This document shows positions 13,101-27,125 of a stretch of DNA of 64,000 bases, in pieces. Made by a program: the position numbers and the translations under genes. This DNA is from Paragordius varius (taxonomy: Eukaryota > Animalia > Nematomorpha). Under the pieces are notes generated by a model. The model was not told where the DNA came from. It saw nothing but the letters and a program-made list of their open reading frames with translations, and searched no databases. The stretch covers positions 434,001 to 498,000 of the forward strand of contig OZ176056.1 in NCBI GenBank assembly GCA_964247055.1. Reading direction: 5' to 3'. How positions within the stretch are numbered: the stretch's first letter is position 1; every line of letters begins with the position of its first letter.

Positions 13101-14469
13101 CTATTTTTTATACATTCTCTTAGTAAGACTACATCAAAATATAGAAATAGTTTGACAAACTCTTTCATATCCGATTTTTACAACGATACTTTAAAAATTA
13201 ATGTATTAAACCAGTCGCATCAATACTCAAGTTAAACTTTGTCCTTAAAAATCGGATATTGGTCACCGGTGCACAAATTTATTTTTTATACATTCTCTTA
13301 GTAAGACTACATCAAAATATAGAGATAATTTGACAAACTCTTTCATATCCGATTTTTACAACGATACTTTAAAAATTAATGTATAAAACTAGTCGCATCA
13401 ATACTCAAGTTAAACTTTATCCTTAAAAATCGGATATTGGTCACCGGTGAACAAAATAATTTTTTATACATTCTCTTAGTAAGACTACATATAAAAATAT
13501 AGAGATAGTTTGACAAACTCTTTCATATCCGATTTTTACAACGATACTTTAAAAATTATGGTATTAAACCAGTCGCATCAATACTCAAGTTAAACTTTGT
13601 CCTTAAAAATCGGATATTGGTCACCGGTGAACAAAATTATTTTTTAAACATTCTCTTAGTAAGACTACATCAAAATATAGAAATAGTTTGACAAACTCTT
13701 TCATATCCGATTTTAACAACGATACTTAAAAATTAATGTATTAAACTAGTCGCATCAATACTCAAGCTAAACATTGTCCTTAAAAATCGGATATTGGTCA
13801 CCGGTGAACAAAACTATTTTTTATACATTCTCTTAGTAAGACTACATCAAAATATAGAGATAGTTTGACAAACTCTTTCATATCCGATTTTTACAACGAT
13901 ACTTTAAAAATTAATGTATTAAACTAGTCGCATCAATACTCAAGTTAAACTTTGTCCTTAAAAATCGGATATTGGTCACGGGTGAACAAAATTATTTTTT
14001 ATACATTCTCTTATTAAGACTACATCAAAATATAGAGATAGTTTGACAAACTCTTTCATATCCGATTTTTACAACGATACTTTAAAAATTATGGTATTAA
14101 ACCAGTCGCATCAATACTCAAGTTAAACTTTGTCCTTAAAAATCGGATATTGGTCACCGGTGCACAAATTTATTTTTTATACATTCTCTTAGTAAGACTA
14201 CATCAAAATATAGAGATAGTTTGACAAACTCTTTCATATCCGATTTTTCAACGATACTTTAAAAATTAATGTATAAAACTAGTCGTATCAATACTCAAGT
14301 TAAACTTTATCCTTAAAAATCAGATATTGTTCACCGGTGAACAAAATAATTTTTTATACATTCTCTTAGTAAGACTACATATAAAAATATAGAGATAGTT
14401 TATAAACTCTTTCATATCCGATTTTTACAACGATACTTTAAAAATTAATGTATTAAATTAGTCGCATCA

Positions 14470-17400
14470 ATACTCAAGTTAAACTTTGTCCTTAAAAATC
14501 GGATATTGGTCACCGGTGAACAAAACTATTTTTTATACATTCTCTTAGTAAGACTACATCAAACTATAGAGATAATTTGACAAACTCTTTCATATCCGAT
14601 TTTTACAACGATACTTTAAAAATTAATGTATAAAACTAGTCGTATCAATAAATCGCATCAATACTCTAGTTAAACTTTGTCCTTAAAAATCGGATATTGG
14701 TCACCGGTGAACAAAATTATTTTTTATACATTCTCTTAGTAGGACTACATCAAAATATAGAGATAGTTTGGCAAACTGTTTCATATCCGATTTTTACAAA
14801 CGATACTTTAAAAATTAATGTATAAAACTAGTCGCATCAATACTCAAGTTAAACTTTGTCCTCAAAAATCGAATATTGGTCACCGGTGAACAAAATTATT
14901 TTTTATACATTCTCTTAGTAAGACTACATCAAAATATAGAAATAGTTTGACAAACTCTTTCATATCCGATTTTTACAACGATACTTAAAAATTAATGTAT
15001 TAAACTAGTCGCATCAATACTCAAGCTAAACATTGTCCTTAAAAATCGGATATTGGTCACCGGTGAACAAAACTATTTTTTATACATTCTCTTAGTAAGA
15101 CTACATTAAAATATAGAGATAGTTTGAAAAACTCTTTCATATCCGATTTTTACAACGATACTTAAAAATTAATGTATTAAACTAGTCGCATCAATACTCA
15201 AGCTAAACATTGTCCTTAAAAATCGGATATTGGTCACCGGTGAACAAAACTATTTTTTATACATTCTCTTAGTAAGACTACATCAAAATATAGAGATAGT
15301 TTGACAAACTCTTTCATATCCGATTTTTACAACGATACTTTAAAAATTAATGTATTAAACTAGTCGCATCAATACTCAAGTTAAACTTTGTCCTTAAAAA
15401 TCGGATATTGGTCACGGGTGAACAAAATTATTTTTTATACATTCTCTTATTAAGACTACATCAAAATATAGAGATAGTTTGACAAACTCTTTCTTATCCG
15501 ATTTTTACAACGATACTTTAAAAATTATGGTATTAAACCATTCGCATCAATACTCAAGTTAAACTTTGTCCTTAAAAATCGGATATTGGTCACCGGTGCA
15601 CAAATTTATTTTTTATACATTCTCTTAGTAAGACTACATCAAAATATAGAGATAGTTTGACAAACTCTTTCATATCCGATTTTTCAACGATACTTTAAAA
15701 ATTAATGTATAAAACTAGTCGCATCAATACTCAAGTTAAACTTTATCCTTAAAAATCAGATATTGGTCACCGGTGAACAAAATAATTTTTTATACATTCT
15801 CTTAGTAAGACTACATATAAAAATATAGAGATAGTTTATAAACTCTTTCATATCCGATTTTTACAACGATACTTTAAAAATTATGGTATTAAACCAGTCG
15901 CATCAATACTCAAGTTAAACTTTGTCCTTAAAAATCGGATATTGGTCACCGGTGAACAAAATTATTTTTTATACATTCTCTTTGTAAGACTATATCAAAA
16001 TAGAGAAATAGTTTGACAAACTGTTTCATATCCGATTTTTACAACGATACTTTAAAAATTATGGTATTAAACCAGTCGCATCAATACTCAAGTTAAACTT
16101 TGTCCTTAAAAATCGGAAATTGGTCACCGGTGAACAAAACTATTTTTTATACATTCTCTTAGTAAGACTACATCAAACTATAGAGATAATTTGACAAACT
16201 CTTTCATATCCGATTTTTACAACGATATTTTAAAAATTAATGTATAAAACTAGTCGTATCAATAAATCGCATCAATACTCTAGTTATAAACTTTGTCCTT
16301 AAAAATCGGATATTGGTCACCGGTGAACAAAATTATTTTTTATACATTCTCTTAGTAGGACTACATCAAAATATAGAGATAGTTTGACAAACTGTTTCAT
16401 ATTTACAAACGTTACTTTAAAAATTAATGTATAAAACTAGTCGCATCAATACTCAAGTTTAACTTTGTCCTTAAAAATCGAATATTGGTCACCGGTGAAC
16501 AAAATTATTTTTTATACATTCTCTTAGTAAGACTACATCAAAATATAGAAATAGTTTGACAAACTCTTTCATATCCGATTTTTACAACGATACTTAAAAA
16601 TTAATGTATTAAACTAGTCGCATCAATACTCAAGCTAAACATTGTCCTTAAAAATCGGATATTGGTCACCGGTGAACAAAACTATTTTTTATACATTCTC
16701 TTAGTAAGACTACATTAAAATATAGAGATAGTTTGAAAAACTCTTTCATATCCGATTTTTACAACGATACTTTAAAAATTAATGTATTAAACTAGTCGCA
16801 TCAATACTCAAGTTAAACTTTGTCCTTAAAAATCGGATATTGGTCACCGGTGAACAAAATTATTTTTTAAACATTCTCTTAGTAAGACTACATCAAAATA
16901 TAGAAATAGTTTGACAAACTCTTTCATATCCGATTTTTACAACGATACTTAAAAATTAATGTATTAAACTAGTCGCATCAATACTCAAGCTAAACATTGT
17001 CCTTAAAAATCGGATATTGGTCACCGGTGAACAAAACTATTTTTTATACATTCTCTTAGTAAGACTACATCAAAATATAGAGATAGTTTGACAAACTCTT
17101 TCATATCCGATTTTTACAACGATACTTTAAAAATTAATGTATTAAACTAGTCGCATCAATACTCAAGTTAAACTTTGTCCTTAAAAATCGGATATTGGTC
17201 ACGGGTGAACAAAATTATTTTTTATACATTCTCTTATTAAGACTACATCAAAATATAGAGATAGTTTGACAAACTCTTTCATATCCGATTTTTACAACGA
17301 TACTTTAAAAATTATGGTATTAAACCAGTCGCATCAATACTCAAGTTAAACTTTGTCCTTAAAAATCGGATATTGGTCACCGGTGAACAAAATTATTTTT

Positions 17401-19580
17401 TATACATTCTCTTTGTAAGACTATATCAAAATATAGAAATAGTTTGACAAACTCTTTCATATCCGATTTTTACAACGATACTTTAAAAATTATGGTATTA
17501 AACCAGTCGCATCAATACTCAAGTTAAACTTTGTCCTTAAAAATCGGATATTGGTCACCGGTGAACAAAACTATTTTTTATACATTCTCTTAGTAAGACT
17601 ACATCAAACTATAGAGATAATTTGACAAACTCTTTCATATCCGATTTTTACAACGATACTTTAAAAATTAATGTATAAAACTAGTCGTATCAATAAATCG
17701 CATCAATACTCTAGTTAAACTTTGTCCTTAAAAATCGGATATTGGTCACCGGTGAACAAAATTATTTTTTATACATTCTCTTAGTAGGACTACATCAAAA
17801 TATAGAGATAGTTTGGCAAACTGTTTCATATCCGATTTTTACAAACGATACTTTAAAAATTAATGTATAAAACTAGTCGCATCAATACTCAAGTTAAACT
17901 TTGTCCTCAAAAATCGAATATTGGTCACCGGTGAACAAAATTATTTTTTATACATTCTCTTAGTAAGACTACATCAAAATATAGAAATAGTTTGACAAAC
18001 TCTTTCATATCCGATTTTTACAACGATACTTAAAAATTAATGTATTAAACTAGTCGCATCAATACTCAAGCTAAACATTGTCCTTAAAAATCGGATATTG
18101 GTCACCGGTGAACAAAACTATTTTTTATACATTCTCTTAGTAAGACTACATTAAAATATAGAGATAGTTTGAAAAACTCTTTCATATCCGATTTTTACAA
18201 CGATACTTAAAAATTAATGTATTAAACTAGTCGCATCAATACTCAAGCTAAACATTGTCCTTAAAAATCGGATATTGGTCACCGGTAAACAAAACTATTT
18301 TTTATACATTCTCTTAGTAAGACTACATCAAAATATAGAGATAGTATGACAAACTCTTTCATATCCGATTTTTACAACGAAACTTTAAAAATTAATGTAT
18401 TAAACTAGTCGCATCAATACTCAAGTTAAACTTTGTCCTTAAAAATCGGATATTGGTCACGGGTGAACAAAATTATTTTTTATACATTCTCTTATTAAGA
18501 CTACATCAAAATATAGAGATAGTTTGACAAACTCTTTCTTATCCGATTTTTACAACGATACTTTAAAAATTTGGTATTAAACCAGTCGCATCAATACTCA
18601 AGTTAAACTTTGTCCTTAAAAATCGGATATTGGTCACCGGTGCACAAATTTATTTTTTATACATTCTCTTAGTAAGACTACATCAAAATATAGAGATAGT
18701 TTGACAAACTCTTTCATATCCGATTTTTCAACGATACTTTAAAAATTAATGTATAAAACTAGTCGCATCAATACTCAAGTTAAACTTTATCCTTAAAAAT
18801 CAGATATTGGTCACCGGTGAACAAAATAATTTTTTATACATTCTCTTAGTAAGACTACATATAAAAATATAGAGATAGTTTATAAACTCTTTCATATCCG
18901 ATTTTTACAACGATACTTTAAAAATTATGGTATTAAACCAGTCGCATCAATACTCAAGTTAAACTTTGTCCTTAAAAATCGGATATTGGTCACCGGTGAA
19001 CAAAATTATTTTTTATACATTCTCTTTGTAAGACTATATCAAAATATAGAAATAGTTTGACAAACTCTTTCATATCCGATTTTTACAACGATACTTTAAA
19101 AATTATGGTATTAAACCAGTCGCATCAATACTCAAGTTAAACTTTGTCCTTAAAAATCGGATATTGGTCACCGGTGAACAAAACTATTTTTTATACATTC
19201 TCTTAGTAAGACTACATCAAACTATAGAGATAATTTGACAAACTCTTTCATATCCGATTTTTACAACGATATTTTAAAAATTAATGTATAAAACTAGTCG
19301 TATCAATAAATCGCATCAATACTCTAGTTAAACTTTGTCCTTAAAAATCGGATATTGGTCACCGGTGAACAAAATTATTTTTTATACATTCTCTTAGTAG
19401 GACTACATCAAAATATAGAGATAGTTTGACAAACTGTTTCATATTTACAAACGTTACTTTAAAAATTAATGTATAAAACTAGTCGCATCAATACTCAAGT
19501 TAAACTTTGTCCTTAAAAATCGAATATTGGTCACCGGTGAACAAAATTATTTTTTATACATTCTCTTAGTAAGACTACAT
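14470..19580. repeat. Local HOR, ~3045-bp (17-monomer) period
   Basis: aaactataga 14561/17606, acaaacg 14796/17841, ctcaaaaatcga 14861/17906, atttacaaacgttac 16401/19443 (3042). Confidence 0.85.
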
Positions 19581-21329
19581 TAAAATATAGAGATAGTTTG
19601 AAAAACTCTTTCATATCCGATTTTTACAACGATACTTTAAAAATTAATGTATTAAACTAGTCGCATCAATACTCAAGTTAAACTTTGTCCTTAAAAATCG
19701 GATATTGGTCACGGGTGAACAAAATTATTTTTTATACATTCTCTTAGTAAGACTACATCAAAATATAGAGATAGTTTGACTAACTCTTTCATATCCGATT
19801 TTTACAACGATACTTAAAAATTAATGTATTAAACTAGTCGCATCAATACTCAAGCTAAACATTGTCCTTAAAAATCGGATATTGGTCACCGGTGAACAAA
19901 ATTATTTTTTATACATTCTCTTAGTAGGAGTACATCAAAATATAGAGATAGTTTGGCAAACTGTTTCATATCCGATTTTTACAACGATTCTTTAAAAATT
20001 AATGTATAAAACTAGTCGCATCAATACTCAAGTTAAACTTTGTTCTTAAAAATCGAATATTGGTCACCGGTGAACAAAATTATTTTTTATACATTCTCTT
20101 AGTAAGACTACATCAAAATATAGAAATAGTTTGACAAACTCTTTCATATCCGATTTTTACAACGATACTTAAAAATTAATGTATTAAACTAGTCGCATCA
20201 ATACTCAAGCTAAACATTGTCCTTAAAAATCGGATATTGGTCACCGGTGAACAAAACTATTTTTTATACATTCTCTTAGTAAGACTACATCAAAATATAG
20301 AGATAGTTTGACTAACTCTTTCATATCCGATTTTTACAACGATACATTAAAAATTAATGTATTAAACTAGTCGCATCAATACTCAAGCTAAACATTGTCC
20401 TTAAAAATCGGATATTGGTCACCGGTGAACAAAACTATTTTTTATATTCTCTTAGTAAGACTACATAAAAATATAGAGATAGTTTGAATAACTCTTTCAT
20501 ATCCGATTTTTACAACGATACTTTAAAAATTAATGTATTAAACTAGTCGCATACTCAAGTTAAACTTTGTCCTTAAAAATCGGATATTGGTCACGGGTGA
20601 ACAAAATTATTTTTTATACATTCTCTTACTAAGACTACATCAAAATATAGAGATAGTTTGACTAACTCTTTCATATCCGATTTTTACAACGATACTTAAA
20701 AATTAATGTATTAAACTAGTCGCATCAATACTCAAGCTAAACATTGTCCTTAAAAATCGGATATTGGTCACCGGTGAACAAAACTATTTTTTATACATTC
20801 TCTTAGTAAGACTACATCAAAATATAGAGATAGTTTGACTAACTCTTTCATATCCGATTTTTACAACGATACATTAAAAATTAATGTATTAAACTAGTCG
20901 CATCAATACTCAAGCTAAACATTGTCCTTAAAAATCGGATATTGGTCACCGGTGAACAAAACTATTTTTTATATTCTCTTAGTAAGACTACATCAAAATA
21001 TAGAGATAGTTTGAATAACTCTTTCATATCCGATTTTTACAACGATACTTTAAAAATTAATGTATAAAACTAGTCGCATCAATACTCAAGTTAAACTTTG
21101 TCCTTAAAAATCGAATATTGGTCACCGGTGAACAAAATTATTTTTTATACATTCTCTTAGTAAGACTACATCAAAATATAGAAATAGTTTGACAAACTCT
21201 TTCATATCCGATTTTTACAACGATACTTAAAAATTAATGTATTAAACTAGTCGCATCAATACTCAAGCTAAACATTGTCCTTAAAAATCGGATATTGGTC
21301 ACCGGTGAACAAAACTCTTTTTTATACAT

Positions 21330-24300
21330 TCTCTTAGTAAGACTACATCAAAATATAGAGATAGTTTGACTAACTCTTTCATATCCGATTTTTACAACGA
21401 TACTTTAAAAATTAATGTATTAAACTAGTCGCATCAATACTCAAGTTAAACTTTGTCCTTAAAAATCGGATATTGGTCACGGGTGAACAAAATTATTTTT
21501 TATACATTCTCTTAGTAAGACTACATCAAAATATAGAAATAGTTTGACAAACTCTTTCATATGCGATTTTTACAACGATACTTAAAAATTAATGTATTAA
21601 CCTAGTCGCATCAATACTCAAGCTAAACATTGTCCTTAAAAATCGGATATTGGTCACCGGTGAACAAAACTATTTTTTATACATTCTCTTAGTAAGACTA
21701 CATCAAAATATAGAGATATTTTGAAAAACTCTTTAGTATCCGATTTTTACAACGATACTTTAAAAATTAATGTATTAAACTAGTCGCATCAATACTCAAG
21801 TTAAACTTTGTCCTTAAAAATCGGATATTGGTCACGGGTGAACAAAATTATTTTTTATACATTCTCTTAGTAAGACTACATCAAAATATAGAGATAGTTT
21901 GACTAACTCTTTCATATCCGATTTTTACAACGATACTTAAAAATTAATGTATTAAACTAGTCGCATCAATACTCAAGCTAAACATTGTCCTTAAAAATCG
22001 GATATTGGTCACCGGTGAACAAAATTATTTTTTATACATTCTCTTAGTAGGACAACATCAAAATATAGAGATAGTTTGGCAAACTGTTTCATATCCGATT
22101 TTTACAACGATACTTTAAAAATTAATGTATAAAACTAGTCGCATCAATACTCAAGTTAAACTTTGTCCTTAAAAATCGAATATTGGTCACCGGTGAACAA
22201 AATTATTTTTTATACATTCTCTTAGTAAGACTACATCAAAATATAGAAATAGTTTGACAAACTCTTTCATATCCGATTTTTACAACGATACTTAAAAATT
22301 AATGTATTAAACTAGTCGCATCAATACTCAAGCTAAACATTGTCCTTAAAAATCGGATATTGGTCACCGGTGAACAAAACTATTTTATATACATTCTCTT
22401 AGTAAGACTACATCAAAATATAGAGATAGTTTGACTAACTCTTTCATATCCGATTTTTACAACGATACTTTAAAAATTAATCTATTAAACTAGTCGCATC
22501 AATACTCAAGCTAAACATTGTCCTTAAAAATCGGATATTGGTCACCGGTGAACAAAACTATTTTTTATACATTCTCTTAGTAAGACTACATCAAAATATA
22601 GAGATAGTTTGAAAAACTCTTTCATATCCGATTTTTACAACGATACTTAAAAATTAAAGTATTAAACTAGTCGCATCAATACTCAAGCTAAACATTGTCC
22701 TTAAAAATCGGATATTGGTCACGGGTGAACAAAATTATTTTTTATACATTCTCTTAGTAGGACTACATCAAAATATAGAGATAGTTTGGCAAACTGTTTC
22801 ATATCCGATTTTTACAACGATACTTTAAAAATTAATGTATAAAACTAGTCGCATCAATACTCAAGTTAAACTTTGTCCTTAAAAATCGAATATTGGTCAC
22901 CGGTGAACAAAATTATTTTTTATACATTCTCTTAGTAAGACTACATCAAAATATAGAGATAGTTTGACTAACTCTTTCATATCCGATTTTTACAACGATA
23001 CTTTAAAAATTAATGTATTAAACTAGTCGCATCAATACTCAAGTTAAACTTTGTCCTTAAAAATCGGATATTGGTCACGGGTGAACAAAATTATTTTTTA
23101 TACATTCTCTTAGTAAGACTACATCAAAATATAGAAATAGTTTGACAAACTCTTTCATATGCGATTTTTACAACGATACTTAAAAATTAATGTATTAACC
23201 TAGTCGCATCAATACTCAAGCTAAACATTGTCCTTAAAAATCGGATATTGGTCACCGGTGAACAAAACTATTTTTTATACATTCTCTTAGTAAGACTACA
23301 TCAAAATATAGAGATATTTTGAAAAACTCTTTAGTATCCGATTTTTACAACGATACTTTAAAAATTAATGTATTAAACTAGTCGCATCAATACTCAAGTT
23401 AAACTTTGTCCTTAAAAATCGGATATTGGTCACGGGTGAACAAAATTATTTTTTATACATTCTCTTAGTAAGACTACATCAAAATATAGAGATAGTTTGA
23501 CTAACTCTTTCATATCCGATTTTTACAACGATACTTAAAAATTAATGTATTAAACTAGTCGCATCAATACTCAAGCTAAACATTGTCCTTAAAAATCGGA
23601 TATTGGTCACCGGTGAACAAAATTATTTTTTATACATTCTCTTAGTAGGACTACATCAAAATATAGAGATAGTTTGGCAAACTGTTTCATATCCGATTTT
23701 TACAACGATACTTTAAAAATTAATGTATAAAACTAGTCGCATCAATACTCAAGTTAAACTTTGTCCTTAAAAATCGAATATTGGTCACCGGTGAACAAAA
23801 TTATTTTTTATACATTCTCTTAGTAAGACTACATCAAAATATAGAAATAGTTTGACAAACTCTTTCATATCCGATTTTTACAACGATACTTAAAAATTAA
23901 TGTATTAAACTAGTCGCATCAATACTCAAGCTAAACATTGTCCTTAAAAATCGGATATTGGTCACCGGTGAACAAAACTATTTTATATACATTCTCTTAG
24001 TAAGACTACATCAAAATATAGAGATAGTTTGACTAACTCTTTCATATCCGATTTTTACAACGATACTTTAAAAATTAATCTATTAAACTAGTCGCATCAA
24101 TACTCAAGCTAAACATTGTCCTTAAAAATCGGATATTGGTCACCGGTGAACAAAACTATTTTTTATACATTCTCTTAGTAAGACTACATCAAAATATAGA
24201 GATAGTTTGAAAAACTCTTTCATATCCGATTTTTACAACGATACTTAAAAATTAAAGTATTAAACTAGTCGCATCAATACTCAAGCTAAACATTGTCCTT

Positions 24301-24720
24301 AAAAATCGGATATTGGTCACGGGTGAACAAAATTATTTTTTATACATTCTCTTAGTAGGACTACATCAAAATATAGAGATAGTTTGGCAAACTGTTTCAT
24401 ATCAGATTTTTACAACGATACTTTAAAAATTAATGTATAAAACTAGTCGCATCAATACTCAAGTTAAACTTTGTCCTTAAAAATCGAATATTGGTCACCG
24501 GTGAACAAAATTATTTTTTATACATTCTCTTAGTAAGACTACATCAAAATATAGAGATAGTTTGACTAACTCTTTCATATCCGATTTTTACAACGATACT
24601 TTAAAAATTAATGTATTAAACTAGTCGCATCAATACTCAAGTTAAACTTTGTCCTTAAAAATCGGATATTGGTCACGGGTGAACAAAATTATTTTTTATA
24701 CATTCTCTTAGTAAGACTAC
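21330..24720. repeat. Local HOR, 1598-bp (9-monomer) period, two copies; present again at ~39540-42930 in copy 2
   Basis: gactaac 21368/22966, atgcg 21561/23159, ctttagtatc 21731/23329, tctatt 22481/24079. Confidence 0.9.
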
Positions 24721-25619
24721 ATCAAATTATAGAGATAGTTTGACAAACTCTTTCATATCCGATTTTTACAACGATACTTTAAAAATTATGGTATTAAACC
24801 AGTCGCATCAATACTCAAGTTAAACTTTGTCCTTAAAAATCGGATTGGTCACCGGTGAACAAAATTATTTTATATACATTCTCTAAGTAAGACTACATCA
24901 AAATATAGAGATAGTTTGACAAACTCTTTCATATCCGATTTTTACAACGATACTTTAAAAATTATGGTATTAAACCAGTCGCATCAATACTCAAGTTAAA
25001 CTTTGTCCTTAAAAATCGGATATTGGTCACCGGCGAACAAAATTATTTTATATACATTCTCTTAGTAAGACTACATCAAAATATAGAGATAGTTTGACAA
25101 ACTCTTTCATATCCGATTTTTACAACGATACTTTAAAAATTAATGTATAAAACTAGTCACATCAATACTCAAGCTAAACATTGTCCTTAAAAATCGGATA
25201 TTGGTCACCGGCGAACAAAATTATTTTATATACATTCTCTTAGTAAGACTACATCAAAATATAGAGATAGTTTGACAAACTCTTTCATATCCGATTTTTA
25301 CAACGATACTTTAAAAATTAATGTATAAAACTAGTCGCATCAATACTCAAGCTAAACATTGTCCTTAAAAATCGGATATTGGTCACCGGTGCACAAAACT
25401 ATTTTTTATACATTCTCTTAGTAAGACTACATCAAAATATAGAGATAGTTTGACAAACTCTTTCATATCCGATTTTTACAACGATACTTTAAAAATTAAT
25501 GTATAAAACTAGTCGTATCAATAATTCGCATCAATACTCAAGTTAAACTTTGTCCTTAAAAATCGGATATTGGTCACCGGTGAACAAAATTATTTTTTAT
25601 ACATTCTCTTAGTAGGACT

Positions 25620-27125
25620 ACATCAAAATATAGAGATAGTTTGACAAACTCTTTCATATCCGATTTTTACAACGATACTTTTTTAAAATTATGGTATTAA
25701 ACCAGTCGCATCAATACTCAAGTTAAACTTTGTCCTTAAAAATCGGATATAGGTCACCGGTGAACAAAATTATTTTTTATACTCTTAATAAGACTACATC
25801 AAAATATAGAGATAGTTTGACAAACTCTTTCATATCCGATTTTTACAACGATACTTTAAAAATTATGGTATTAAACCAGTCGCATCAATACTCAAGTTAA
25901 ACTTTGTCCTTAAAAATCGGATATTGGTCACCGGCGAACAAAATTATTTTATATACATTCTCTTAGTAAGACTACATCAAAATATAGAGATAGTTTGACA
26001 AACTCTTTCATATCCGATTTTTACAACGATACTTTAAAAATTAATGTATAAAACTAGTCGCATCAATACTCAAGCTAAACATTGTCCTTAAAAATCGGAT
26101 ATTGGTCACCGGTGAACAAAACTATTTTTTATACATTCTCTTAGTAAGACTACATCAAAATATAGAGATAGTTTGACAAACTCTTTCATATCCGATTTTT
26201 ACAACGATACTTTAAAAATTAATGTATAAAACTAGTCGTATCAATAATTCGCATCCATACTCAAGTTAAACTTTGTCCTTAAAAATCGGATATTGGTCAC
26301 CGGTGAACAAAATTATTTTTTATACATTCTCTTAGTAGGACTACATCAAAATATAGAGATAGTTTGGCAAACTCTTTCATATCCGATTTTTACAACGATA
26401 CTTTAAAAATTAATGTATAAAACTAGTCGCATCAATACTCAAGTTAAACTTTGTCCTTAAAAATCGGATATTGGTCACCGGTGAACAAAATTATTTTTTA
26501 TACATTCTCTTAGTAAGACTACATTAAAATATAGAGATAGTTTTACAAACTCTTTCATATCCGATTTTTACAACGATACTTTAAAAATTAATGTATTAAA
26601 CTAGTCGCATCAATACTCAAGTTAAACTTTGTCCTTAAAAATCGGATATTGGTCACCGGTGAACAAAATAATTTTTTATACATTCTCTTAGTAAGACTAC
26701 ATCAAAATATAGAGATAGTTTGACAAACTCTTTCATATCCGATTTTTACAACGATACTTTTTTAAAATTATGGTATTAAACCAGTCGCATCAATACTCAA
26801 GTTAAACTTTGTCCTTAAAAATCGGATATAGGTCACCGGTGAACAAAATTATTTTTTATACTCTTAGTAAGACTACATCAAAATATAGAGATAGTTTGAC
26901 AAACTCTTTCATATCCGATTTTTACAACGATACTTTAAAAATTATGGTATTAAACCAGTCGCATCAATACTCAAGTTAAACTTTGTCCTTAAAAATCGGA
27001 TATTGGTCACCGGCGAACAAAATTATTTTATATACATTCTCTTAGTAAGACTACATCAAAATATAGAGATAGTTTGACAAACTCTTTCATATCCGATTTT
27101 TACAACGATACTTTAAAAATTATGG
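25620..27125. repeat. Local HOR, 1079-bp (6-monomer) period
   Basis: tacttttttaaaa 25676/26755 and ggatatagg (a at 25751/26830). Confidence 0.75.
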
